64,000 bases of DNA from Planctomycetota bacterium (lineage in GTDB: Bacteria > Planctomycetota > SZUA-567 > H5-PLA8). Shown here in pieces: positions 56,150 to 64,000 of the stretch (position 1 is the first letter of the stretch; the number at the start of each line of letters is the position of its first letter). A program made the translations under genes and the position numbers. Under the pieces are notes generated by a model. It did no database searches. It was given only the letters and a program-made list of their open reading frames with translations, and had not been told where the DNA came from. Location: positions 474,288-538,287 of the forward strand of contig JAOSKN010000002.1 in assembly GCA_027493525.1 (NCBI GenBank), written 5' to 3'.

Positions 56150-58649
56150 CAAGGAAACACGACCGGTTCCCATCGCCCTTCGCGGTAGGCCGCCCAGCCG
56201 GCCAGCGCCTCGTCGCCGACGCGGAGGCTCCCGTCGCGCGCCGGGCGCAGCAGGCGCAAACCGCGGCGCTGGGCCAGGGCTTCGAGCCGCTGCGCGTCCT
56301 CGCCGGGATCGTCTTCCCACGCGCCGCGTCCGGCCACGAGCACGCGCGCGCCGGAGCGCGCCAGCAGGTCTTCGGTCGCCGCGGGCCAGCGCCCGCCAGG
56401 TCCGGGCCAGAGCCGCGCGACGTCGGCCTCCAGCCGCGCCCCGCCGGAGTCGAGCAACCGGGTCAGCGAGGCCTCCGAGCGGGCCAGCGCGAAGAGGATC
56501 CGCGCTCCGGGAACGCCGACGCGCACGGCCAGCGCCTCGCTTCCGCGCGCGGGGAGCTTGTCCGCGGCGTCGCTGGCGAAGTCCCAGCGCACGTCGCCGG
56601 GGCCTTGGAGCGCCGCGCCCGGATCGGCCGGGCCGTAGGGCACGCCGCGGCGGGCGAGCTCGGCTTCCAGCCCGCGCAGTTCGGCGCTGGGTGCCGCGGA
56701 GCGGGGCAGGATCGCGCGGCGGACCGGCATCCGCGCCAGCAGCTCCCGCGCTCCGCCCAGCGCATCGGGATCGTCTTCCGTGCAGACCAGCAGCGCCAGC
56801 GCGCGGAGCCCTGCCGGCGCAGGCCCTCGGCGAGCTTGCGCCCGTCGCCTTCGCCGCCGGCGTCCACCAGCGCGGCCTCGCCTCCGGGGGTCTCGACCAG
56901 CGCCGCGCGCCCGAAGGCCAGGTCGTAAATCGTGACGCGCGGGCGCTCGGGCCGGTCGCGGAAGAGCCCCCCGGCCAGGATCGCCGCCGCGCACAGCGGC
57001 AGGATCCAGGCCGCCTGGGGCAGCGTCAGCCGCCGCCCGCGTTCGAGCCACGCCCAGCCCAGCAGCCCCGCGTACGCCGCGCACGCCCACCCCGCCGGAG
57101 CGGGGACCTCGACGCTGGCCGCCGGCAGTTCGCCCACGAAACGGTTGAAGCCGAGCAGGATCGTCAGCGGCACGGCCAGCAGCGCGGAGAGCGCCCCGCC
57201 GCCGGCCAGCGTCGCCAGCAGCCCGCCGACGAAGGCCAACCCGGCCAGCGGCACCGCGACCAGATTCGCGAAGACCGCCAGCAGGTTGAACCCGCCCAGG
57301 TGCCACGCGACGGCCGGCGCCGTCCCGATCCAGGTCGCCAGCGAAATGAAAACGTACCGCCGCAGCCCGCGCGCGATGGCCGTCTTGCGCGCCTCGTCCG
57401 GATCCTTCACCCACGGCTCGGGGACGTTCCGCCAGCGCAGCCACGCCGACTCGAAGGTCGGGTACAGCGTCACCAGCGCGAGGACCGCCAGGAACGAGAG
57501 CTGGAAGCCCGCCGTGAACAGCTCGTCCGGCGCGATAAAGAGGATGCCCAGCGCCGCCACGGCCAGCGAGGTGAGCGGGTCGGCGGCGCGGCGCGCCAGC
57601 AGCCCCACGCCGAAGACCCCGATCATCAGCGCCGCGCGGACCGCGCTGGCCGGCGCGCCCGCCAGGAACGCGTACCCCGCGCCGGCGAGCATCACCCCCA
57701 GCATCGCGCCGCGCCGCCCGATCCCGAGCCGGCCCAGCGCGAAAAAGAGCACCAGCGCCAGCGCGTGAACATGCAGCCCGCTGATCGCGAGCAGGTGCGC
57801 GGCCCCGGCGCGCTGGAAGGCCTCGCGGTCCTCGTACGCGAGCCCCGCGCGGCGGCCCAAGACCAGCGCGTTGAGCAGCCCCGCGCGGTCCGCGTCGAGC
57901 CAGCCTTCGTTCCGTTCGGCCAGCGCCCCGCCGATCCGCCGCATGCGCAGGCCGGGGCGGAGCCACGAGGCGTGCGCTACCCGAACGAGCGTATCGGCCG
58001 CCGGCTCGCCCACCCGCCGGATCCCCTGCCGCGCCAGGCGCCGCGCGGCGTCGTAGGTTCCCGGCAGCGTGCCGCCGTGAGGGGCCTCCAGCCGCGCGAG
58101 CACCCGCACGCGCTCGCCTTCGCACGGCTCCGCCGCCGCGCCCGCCTCGTCGAGGTTCAGGGCCAACTGCACCCGCCCGCTCGCGGGCGCCAGCGTGTCG
58201 GGGGAGGCGCCCAGCGCGTGCAGTTCGACCGTCCAGCGCAACCGCGCGCGGTCCGGGCCGGTCCGCTCGCGCTCCAGGATCGTGCCCTCGAGCCACGCCA
58301 GGCCGGGGGCCTCGCCCGTGCGCCGCGTGACGTCGTGCGCCGGCAGGTGCCGCGTGGTCTGCGCATGCCGCAGCGCACCCCCGGCCAGCGCGGCCAGCAG
58401 CCCCGCCCCAAGCAGCAGCCGCCCGCGCCGCGGCCCGGAGACCAGCAGCAGGATCGCGGTAAGCGCCGTGCCGACGCACCAGCCCCCCAACGTCGAGAGC
58501 GCCGGCCGCTGCCATTCGTCGAGAACGATCCCCGCCAGGAACGCCAGCGCCAGCCACGCCAGCGGCCTGCGCCGCCGCGAACCGCTGGGATCGAGCGCCG
58601 AGCCCCGTGGGCGCGCGCCCTCGGCGAGGGTACTGGACGGCATGACCAT
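56149..58649 (-). CDS. comEC: DNA internalisation competence protein ComEC/Rec2 (DUF4131, Competence, metallo-beta-lactamase domains) with apparent -1 frameshift at the C3/G3 run 56809-56811
   Basis: The 728-aa frame carries TM-rich Competence-domain blocks (AAHLLAISGLHV, GFQLSFLAVLALV) up to ...VDAGGEGDGRKLAEGLRRQG. The MBL domain continues in the frame of the 802-aa track ORF (LRALALLVCTEDDPDALGGARELLARMPVRRAILP...). Inserting one G (CAGGG to CAGGGG on the coding strand) joins them. Confidence 0.75.
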
Positions 58650-58806
58650 GGGTGGAAATTAACAGGCGGAATCGGGGAGTAAATGAACGATCGGGGGGCG
58701 AGCGGCTGGCGAACTATGACCCTGAAAGCCAAGCACAAATCGGATAGATGCTGAACGCTGCAAAACAATTTCTAGAATGACCCTTTGTATTTCAATCGAG
58801 GTATCC

Positions 58807-58849
58807 GTTCACTGTTCACTGTTCACTGTTCACTGTTCACTGTTCACTG
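58807..58849. repeat. perfect tandem heptamer array (GTTCACT/CACTGTT) x6 in the comEC / LmbE divergent intergenic region
   Basis: Direct reading of gttcactgttcactgttcactgttcactgttcactgttcactg. Confidence 0.9.
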
Positions 58850-58972
58850 CCTGTCAACCTCCCGACATGACCACGCCCTCGCGCACCTCCCAAACCGCCT
58901 TGCCGCGGCACGGCGCGGTTGGTAGACAGGCGTAGGTTCCTCACGCCCACGTCAAAGCCGGAGGCTGCCTAG

Positions 58973-59773
58973 ATGGCGAAAGCAAAGCGCGTCGTCCTGG
59001 CCGCGGTGGCGCATCCCGACGACATCGAGTTCATGATGGCGGGCACGCTCTGGCGTTTGAAGGAGGCCGGCTGCGAGGTCCACCTCTGGAACCTGGCCAA
59101 TGGAAGTTGCGGGACGGCGGCGCACGACCGTGACGAGATCGTCCGCATCCGGCGCAAGGAAGCCTGCGACGCCGCGAAGCTCATCGGCGGAACGATGCAC
59201 GAGCCCCTCTGCGACGACCTGGCGGTCTTCTACGACGCGCGCCTGCTTGCGGCGGCGGCAGCGGTCGTGCGGCGGGTCGATCCGGACCTTGTGCTGACGC
59301 ACAGCCCCCAGGACTACATGGAAGACCATCAGAACGTCTGCCGGCTGCTGGTGACGGCGGCCTTCGCGCGCGGGATGCGGAACTTTCCCACGCAGCCGCC
59401 GGCTCCGCCGACCGGCAAGCCCGCCGCCGTCTACCACGCGCTCCCCCACGGGCTCCGCGACGGCCTGCGCCGCCGCGTGCGGGCCGGGCAGTACGTCGAT
59501 ATCGCGCCGGCGCTCTCCAAGAAGCGCGAGATGCTCGCCTGCCACCGTTCGCAGAAGGAATGGCTCGACAAAAGCCAGGGCATGGACGCCTACCTCAACG
59601 AGATGGAGGCGCTGAGCGCCGAGGTCGGCAAGCAGTCGGGGCGCTTCGCCTTCGCCGAAGGCTGGCGGCGGCACAGCCACCTGGGTTTCGGCCCGGAAGG
59701 CTACGACCCGCTGGCGGAGTGGCTCGGACCGGCGTGCTGGGTCGATCCGGAGTATGAAAAGGACTTGGGATAG
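58973..59773 (+). CDS. PIG-L/LmbE family deacetylase (second copy)
   Basis: VLAAVAHPDDIEFMMAGTL...LVLTHSPQDYMEDHQ is the LmbE zinc-deacetylase signature. Confidence 0.85.
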   Translation: MAKAKRVVLAAVAHPDDIEFMMAGTLWRLKEAGCEVHLWNLANGSCGTAAHDRDEIVRIRRKEACDAAKLIGGTMHEPLCDDLAVFYDARLLAAAAAVVRRVDPDLVLTHSPQDYMEDHQNVCRLLVTAAFARGMRNFPTQPPAPPTGKPAAVYHALPHGLRDGLRRRVRAGQYVDIAPALSKKREMLACHRSQKEWLDKSQGMDAYLNEMEALSAEVGKQSGRFAFAEGWRRHSHLGFGPEGYDPLAEWLGPACWVDPEYEKDLG

Positions 59774-59792
59774 CTCGATCGCGCTTGGGAGA

Positions 59793-60530
59793 ATGGCTTT
59801 GAAATACTACGAGACCCACGAATCGGCGTATCGGAAACGGCTCGCCGAAGGTTACGTGATGTGGGACAAGGGCGCATACGAAAGCGTGTACACGCGTGGC
59901 TTTGTCGAACGCTTCCTCGAAAAGACCGCCTGGACGCCTGCGTGCACGAAGGTTCTGCTACTGGGCTGCGGCACCGGGCCGCTCGCGTGCATCCTGGCCG
60001 CCCAGGGCTTCCAAGTCAGCGGCGTGGACATCTCCGAATCGGCGATCGAGTTCGCGCGCAAGCAGGCCGCAGAACGCGGCCTGAAGGTCGAGTTCCTCGT
60101 GGGCGACGCGTGCCAGTCGCTTTTTCCGGAAAGCACATTCGACCTGGTGATCGACGATCACCTGATGCACTGCATCGTATTGCCCGCCGATCGAGAAAAC
60201 GTGCTGCGCGGCGTGTGGAAGATGTTACGCGCGGGCGGCGAGTTTTGGGTGGAGACGATGATCGGGCACCCGGCGATGGTCGCCCCCGACTCTTGGGGCA
60301 TGGACGAAGCCGGCGTCTGCTGGTCGCATATACCCGAGAGCATGCGCACGAAAGAGTGCGTCGTGCGCGACGGGAAGCTCTACTTGCCGACTCGGGTCAT
60401 CCGGACTGCCCCCGGGCTGGTCCTGGAGGAACTGCGCGCGGCGGGGTTCGCCGTGTTGTGGGATGAAGTTCAGGCGCCCCAGGCCAAAACCGAGGCCGGC
60501 GTACTGCACGCGCGGTGCCGCAAGCCTTGA
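59793..60530 (+). CDS. class I SAM-dependent methyltransferase
   Basis: Motif [17 protein letters not shown], acidic motif [17 protein letters not shown], and motif III-like [12 protein letters not shown]. Overlaps the LmbE stop by a few nt when the start is taken at MALKYY (59793). Confidence 0.75.
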   Translation: MALKYYETHESAYRKRLAEGYVMWDKGAYESVYTRGFVERFLEKTAWTPACTKVLLLGCGTGPLACILAAQGFQVSGVDISESAIEFARKQAAERGLKVEFLVGDACQSLFPESTFDLVIDDHLMHCIVLPADRENVLRGVWKMLRAGGEFWVETMIGHPAMVAPDSWGMDEAGVCWSHIPESMRTKECVVRDGKLYLPTRVIRTAPGLVLEELRAAGFAVLWDEVQAPQAKTEAGVLHARCRKP

Positions 60531-60579
60531 GGCAGCGAGCCGCAACGTTCAACCGGGAAGTGTTCAAGGAGCTTCGAAA

Positions 60580-61512
60580 ATGGCTCGCCCGATCAGCAAA
60601 GTCGCCCCGGGGTGGTGGGACTACACGACCCTCGACGAAAAACTCCTTGCCGACGTGGCGAAGCTGAGCGTCAAGGACCTCCAGCAGCTCTCCCGCCCGG
60701 GCTTCCAGGTGAAGCTCTACGAGACCCGCGAGGAGTTCTACCTGGCCGAGGCGCTCGAATACGTCGCGGCCTGGCGGAAGGCGACCGCCGACAACCCCGT
60801 GGGCATCTGCGGCCCGATCGGACCGACCGAGCAGCTCCCGCTCGTCGCGCGCATCGTCAACGCGCTGGGCGTCAAGCTGGAGCACGCGCACTTCTGGGGC
60901 ATGGACGAGTGGGTCGACGCGAAAGGCAAGCCCGTGCCGGAGGACCACCCGCTCTCCTTCGCCAAAGCCGACATGGAACTCTGCTTCGGCCGGATCGACG
61001 CGAAGCTGCGCATGCCCAAGCCCAACCTGCACTTCCCCACCGGCGACCTGGCCGCCTACAGCAGAACCTACGACCAGGTCCGCTGCCTCGTGATGCAGGG
61101 CGGGCAAGGGGAGGTGAAGCACTGGGCCTTCAACGACCCGCTCAAGCGCGAAGGCAAGTACAAGAACGCCCCGCCGGCGCCCGCCGAGTACCGCAAGCTC
61201 GCCACCCGCGTCGTCGACCTGCACCCCATGACCATCATCCAGAACGCCCGCACCAGCGGCGGCGGGCAGGTTGCCCTGGTTCCGCAGCAGGCCGCCACCG
61301 TCGGGCCCGTCGAAACCTGGAAGGCCGAGAAGGTCAGCATCTGGCACGCCGGCAACCACGATAACCCCTTCGGCCAGCGCCTGACCGCGTTCATGATCTC
61401 CAAGCGGCTGCCCGACAGCGCCTGCCCCATGTCGCTCCTCGCCGACCACCCGAACGTGCAGTTCAATTATCTCCGCAGCGGGATCGGGACCTGCGCAGCC
61501 GAAATGCACTGA
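60580..61512 (+). CDS. glucosamine-6-phosphate deaminase/6-phosphogluconolactonase (NagB-like) superfamily protein
   Basis: ATG at 60580 with an AAGGAG Shine-Dalgarno about 10 nt upstream. NagB-like blocks ([35 protein letters not shown]). The track ORF start at 60463 adds a spurious N-terminal extension. Confidence 0.7.
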   Translation: MARPISKVAPGWWDYTTLDEKLLADVAKLSVKDLQQLSRPGFQVKLYETREEFYLAEALEYVAAWRKATADNPVGICGPIGPTEQLPLVARIVNALGVKLEHAHFWGMDEWVDAKGKPVPEDHPLSFAKADMELCFGRIDAKLRMPKPNLHFPTGDLAAYSRTYDQVRCLVMQGGQGEVKHWAFNDPLKREGKYKNAPPAPAEYRKLATRVVDLHPMTIIQNARTSGGGQVALVPQQAATVGPVETWKAEKVSIWHAGNHDNPFGQRLTAFMISKRLPDSACPMSLLADHPNVQFNYLRSGIGTCAAEMH

Positions 61513-61556
61513 AGCGCGCAGGAGCGTGTCTAGACCGCCGACTACTTTAGGGTAAT

Positions 61557-61884
61557 ATTTGCTCCACGTGGAGTAATGGGGCTGTAGAGCCCCCTCGTGT
61601 GTCTTGCGTCACTAACGCACATAGGTGCATCTTTTTTCAGGTCTCAGTAGACGGAATCGGAACACCTAGCACCGAGCTTTCGACTCGTGTATAACTTGTT
61701 TGAAATTATGAAGTAAAGTATTTGAACGCATAGACGATTCGAGGTCTTGGCCCACAGCATCGGTATTGAAGTCACCGGTGCCTTAGGGGATAACCCCAGG
61801 GCCTACCCCTCGATCCCGAGTGTCCGGACCCAGAATCCCAGCTTCTTGATTTTAGGTTTTCATTTGCTCCACGTGGAGCAATGG
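61557..61884. mobile_element. low-GC (about 48%) roughly 330-bp segment bounded by two copies of a 23-bp motif containing the 18-bp palindrome TTGCTCCACGTGGAGCAA; candidate MITE or small structured-RNA locus
   Basis: Copy 1 ATTTGCTCCACGTGGAGTAATGG (61557-61579). Copy 2 ATTTGCTCCACGTGGAGCAATGG (61862-61884). The interior is AT-rich with small hairpins (GGGGCT-GTAG-AGCCCC) and T-runs, and has no ORF. It sits between convergent genes. Confidence 0.4.
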
Positions 61885-61899
61885 CCCGTTTCGCTGCGC

Positions 61900-63219
61900 C
61901 TACCCTTTGATCCCCGTCATCGCCACGCCGCGGATGAACGTTTTCATCGCGAGCACGAAGAGGACCACCAGCGGCAGGCTGAAGATCGTGGCGGCGGCCA
62001 TCACGAGGTGCCAGGGGCTCCCGCCCTGCTGCGAGAGGAAGGCTTGCAACCCCAGCGAGATCGTGAACTGGCTCTTGTCGGTCAGGTACAGCAGCGGGCC
62101 CATGAAGTCCTTCCACGCGTACAGGAAATGGAAGAGCGCGACCATCGCCAGCGCCGGCTTGCTCAGCGGCACGACCACGTGGAAGAAGATTTCGAGTTCG
62201 CTGCACCCGTCGATGCGCGCGGCGTCGAGCAGGTCGCGCGGCAGCCCCAGGAAGAACTGCCGCAGCAGGAAGATGTTGAAGGCCGCGCCGAACCAGGAGT
62301 GGACCCAGAGCGGCTTGAAGGTCCCGATCCAACCCAGTTCGCGGTAGACTTGGTAGAGCGGCACCATCGTTGCCGGGAAGGGGATCATCATGGTGGCGAG
62401 GGTGAACGCGAAGAGCGCCGCGCGGCCGCGGAAGCTCCCGAAGGCGAAACCGTAGGCGGCCAGGGCCGAGGCGAAGGTCGTGCCGATCATCCCCAGGAGC
62501 GCGATCCAGAGCGTATTGAAGAGCATCCGCCCGAAGTCCATCTTGCGCAGGCCCGCCGGCACGTTGCCCCACATGAAGCGGACCTCGCTGCGCAGGTCTT
62601 CGGGCGGCACGACGCCCCAGGCATAGGGGACCGGCTCGCCGCTCCCGGCGGGCTTCGTGGTCAGCCCCGCGTCGGGGACCGACTCCTTCACCAGCACCCA
62701 GCCGGCGGGGCAGGTCTCAAGGACCGTGCAGGCGAAGAGGCGTTTCCCAGGCTCGGCCCCGACCTGGTAGCGCAGCTCCGCCGGGCCGGGCTCGACCGGC
62801 TCGCCCCAGGCGCCGCCGGCGGGCCTCAGGTCGGCGAGCGGAACGAGCAGGCGGTCCTCGAACGCCTTGCCGCGCTCGCCGGCCTCGGCCAGCTCCCGCG
62901 CCTCGTGGACGATCGCGTGGGGCGCGTCCAGTTCGCGCTGCCGCACGACCGCCATTCGTTGGGGCGATGCGTCCTCCGCCGCGGCGCCGCCGGGCGCGTA
63001 CGGCTTCAGCGTGGCCGTCTCGGTGCGCGGGAGGTATTCCGGCGGCGACTTGAGCGTCTGTTCGAGGGGCTTCAGGCCGGTGAGGATCATCCACGCCAGC
63101 GGGAGCAGGAAGACGGCGGTGGCCAGCAGCAGGAAGCCCTGCAGGCCCAGGCGGGCGAAGGGTCCCAGCGCGCCGCGTTCGGCCGGCGCCACGTCCTTTT
63201 CGGCCGCGTCCGCCGCCAT
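61900..63219 (-). CDS. carbohydrate ABC transporter permease (MalG/UgpE-like) with extended periplasmic N-terminal loop
   Basis: EAA motif region LLDAARIDGCSELEIFFHVVVPLSKPAL; 6 TM helices. Confidence 0.8.
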   Translation of the reverse strand: MAADAAEKDVAPAERGALGPFARLGLQGFLLLATAVFLLPLAWMILTGLKPLEQTLKSPPEYLPRTETATLKPYAPGGAAAEDASPQRMAVVRQRELDAPHAIVHEARELAEAGERGKAFEDRLLVPLADLRPAGGAWGEPVEPGPAELRYQVGAEPGKRLFACTVLETCPAGWVLVKESVPDAGLTTKPAGSGEPVPYAWGVVPPEDLRSEVRFMWGNVPAGLRKMDFGRMLFNTLWIALLGMIGTTFASALAAYGFAFGSFRGRAALFAFTLATMMIPFPATMVPLYQVYRELGWIGTFKPLWVHSWFGAAFNIFLLRQFFLGLPRDLLDAARIDGCSELEIFFHVVVPLSKPALAMVALFHFLYAWKDFMGPLLYLTDKSQFTISLGLQAFLSQQGGSPWHLVMAAATIFSLPLVVLFVLAMKTFIRGVAMTGIKG

Positions 63220-63223
63220 GGGT

Positions 63224-64000
63224 TCACCCTCCCCCGGCGTAATGGACGCGCCGCTGCCCGACGCGGAAGGCGACGAGCGTCAGCAGCGCGATCAGCCCGA
63301 AGAGGATCCACGACGCCGCGCAGGCGTAGCCCATGCGGTGGTAGTCGAAGGCGTTGTCGTAGATGAACATCGGGACCAGGTAGGTGGCGTAATCGGGGCC
63401 GCCCTGCCCGCCGGTCATGATGTAGGGCTCGGCGAAGAGCTGGAACGCGCCGATGATGGCCATGACCACGTTGAAGAGGATCACCGGCGAGAGCTGCGGC
63501 AGTTCGACGTGCCGGAAGACCGCCCAGCCCCCGGCGCCGTCGATCCGCGCGGCTTCGTAGAGTTCGCGCGGCACGTCCTGCAGCTTGGCCAGGTAGACGA
63601 TGGCCATTTGCCCCACGCCCCAAACGCTCAGCAGCACCAGCGAGGGCATCGCGCCGAAGACGAGCTGCCGCTCCTTGAAGTCCAGCCCGAGCAGCCGGCC
63701 GTCCTGCATGAACGAGGGCGTCTTCCAGCTCGTGCCTCGCGCCTCCGGCGGCGGCGCTTGCCCCAGCCAGCCGCCCAGGGCGTCGAGAAAAGGGCTGGCC
63801 GCGTCCAGGACCGGGCGCAGCAAGGTCGCGACGAGCCCGTTGCCCGGGTTGAGCAGCCACATCCACAGGATCGCGCTCGCGACCGTCGGGACCAGGTGCG
63901 GGACGTAGATCGCCGCGCGGTAGAAGCTCGTGCCCCGCACCGGCGCGTGCAGCGCCTTCGCGAAGCCCAGCGCCACCAGCACGCCGGCGGGGATGGACAG
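63224..64000 (-). CDS. carbohydrate ABC transporter permease (MalF/UgpA-like); N-terminus lies beyond the window end
   Basis: YEAARIDGAGGWAVFRHVELPQLSPVILFNVV (EAA motif). The ORF stays open to position 64000. Confidence 0.8.
   Translation of the reverse strand: MSIPAGVLVALGFAKALHAPVRGTSFYRAAIYVPHLVPTVASAILWMWLLNPGNGLVATLLRPVLDAASPFLDALGGWLGQAPPPEARGTSWKTPSFMQDGRLLGLDFKERQLVFGAMPSLVLLSVWGVGQMAIVYLAKLQDVPRELYEAARIDGAGGWAVFRHVELPQLSPVILFNVVMAIIGAFQLFAEPYIMTGGQGGPDYATYLVPMFIYDNAFDYHRMGYACAASWILFGLIALLTLVAFRVGQRRVHYAGGG

Noticed and set aside
63087-63866. 259-aa minus-strand ORF overlapping the MalF-like permease
   Set aside because: An out-of-frame alternative with Arg/Ala-rich sequence. The EAA-motif-bearing frame (63224..64000) is the real one.

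Overview
High-GC bacterial chromosome segment (roughly two-thirds to 70% G+C by eye). Gene content (DUF1559/pseudopilin-like module, sulfatase, several large secreted proteins, a eukaryotic-like Ser/Thr kinase, multiple AraC regulators) fits a Planctomycetota-like genome. The six-frame track is dominated by spurious antisense ORFs, so real genes were picked by protein-family signatures. Content from start to end: (i) a minus-strand cluster of secreted glycan-active proteins (CBM9-like protein, sulfatase, jelly-roll/lyase-like protein, transglutaminase-like Fn3/Ig protein) with an AraC regulator; (ii) a nitrate assimilation operon nirA-narK-nasA; (iii) tRNA-Asp; (iv) AraC regulators paired with one-carbon or PhyH-dioxygenase genes; (v) a low-GC island next to a TetR gene; (vi) folD, a GT87/DUF2029 membrane protein, and a 1294-aa membrane Ser/Thr kinase with two C-terminal PA-IL/LecA-like lectin domains, followed by an LmbE deacetylase and a DUF2950 membrane protein; (vii) an OmpA-like lipoprotein, an AAC(3)-family acetyltransferase, and a large secreted protein ending in a DUF1559/pilin-like module; (viii) cmk, an ADP-ribosylglycohydrolase fusion, and the potABCD polyamine ABC operon; (ix) comEC flanked by short tandem repeat arrays; (x) an LmbE-methyltransferase-NagB-like trio, a second low-GC palindromic island, and sugar ABC permeases. 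Five conserved genes (nirA, an AraC, a BASS transporter, the OmpA-like gene, comEC) each carry a single-base frameshift inside a homopolymer run. This points either to systematic homopolymer indel errors in the assembly or to several pseudogenes. No CRISPR array, rRNA or obvious defence island was seen.
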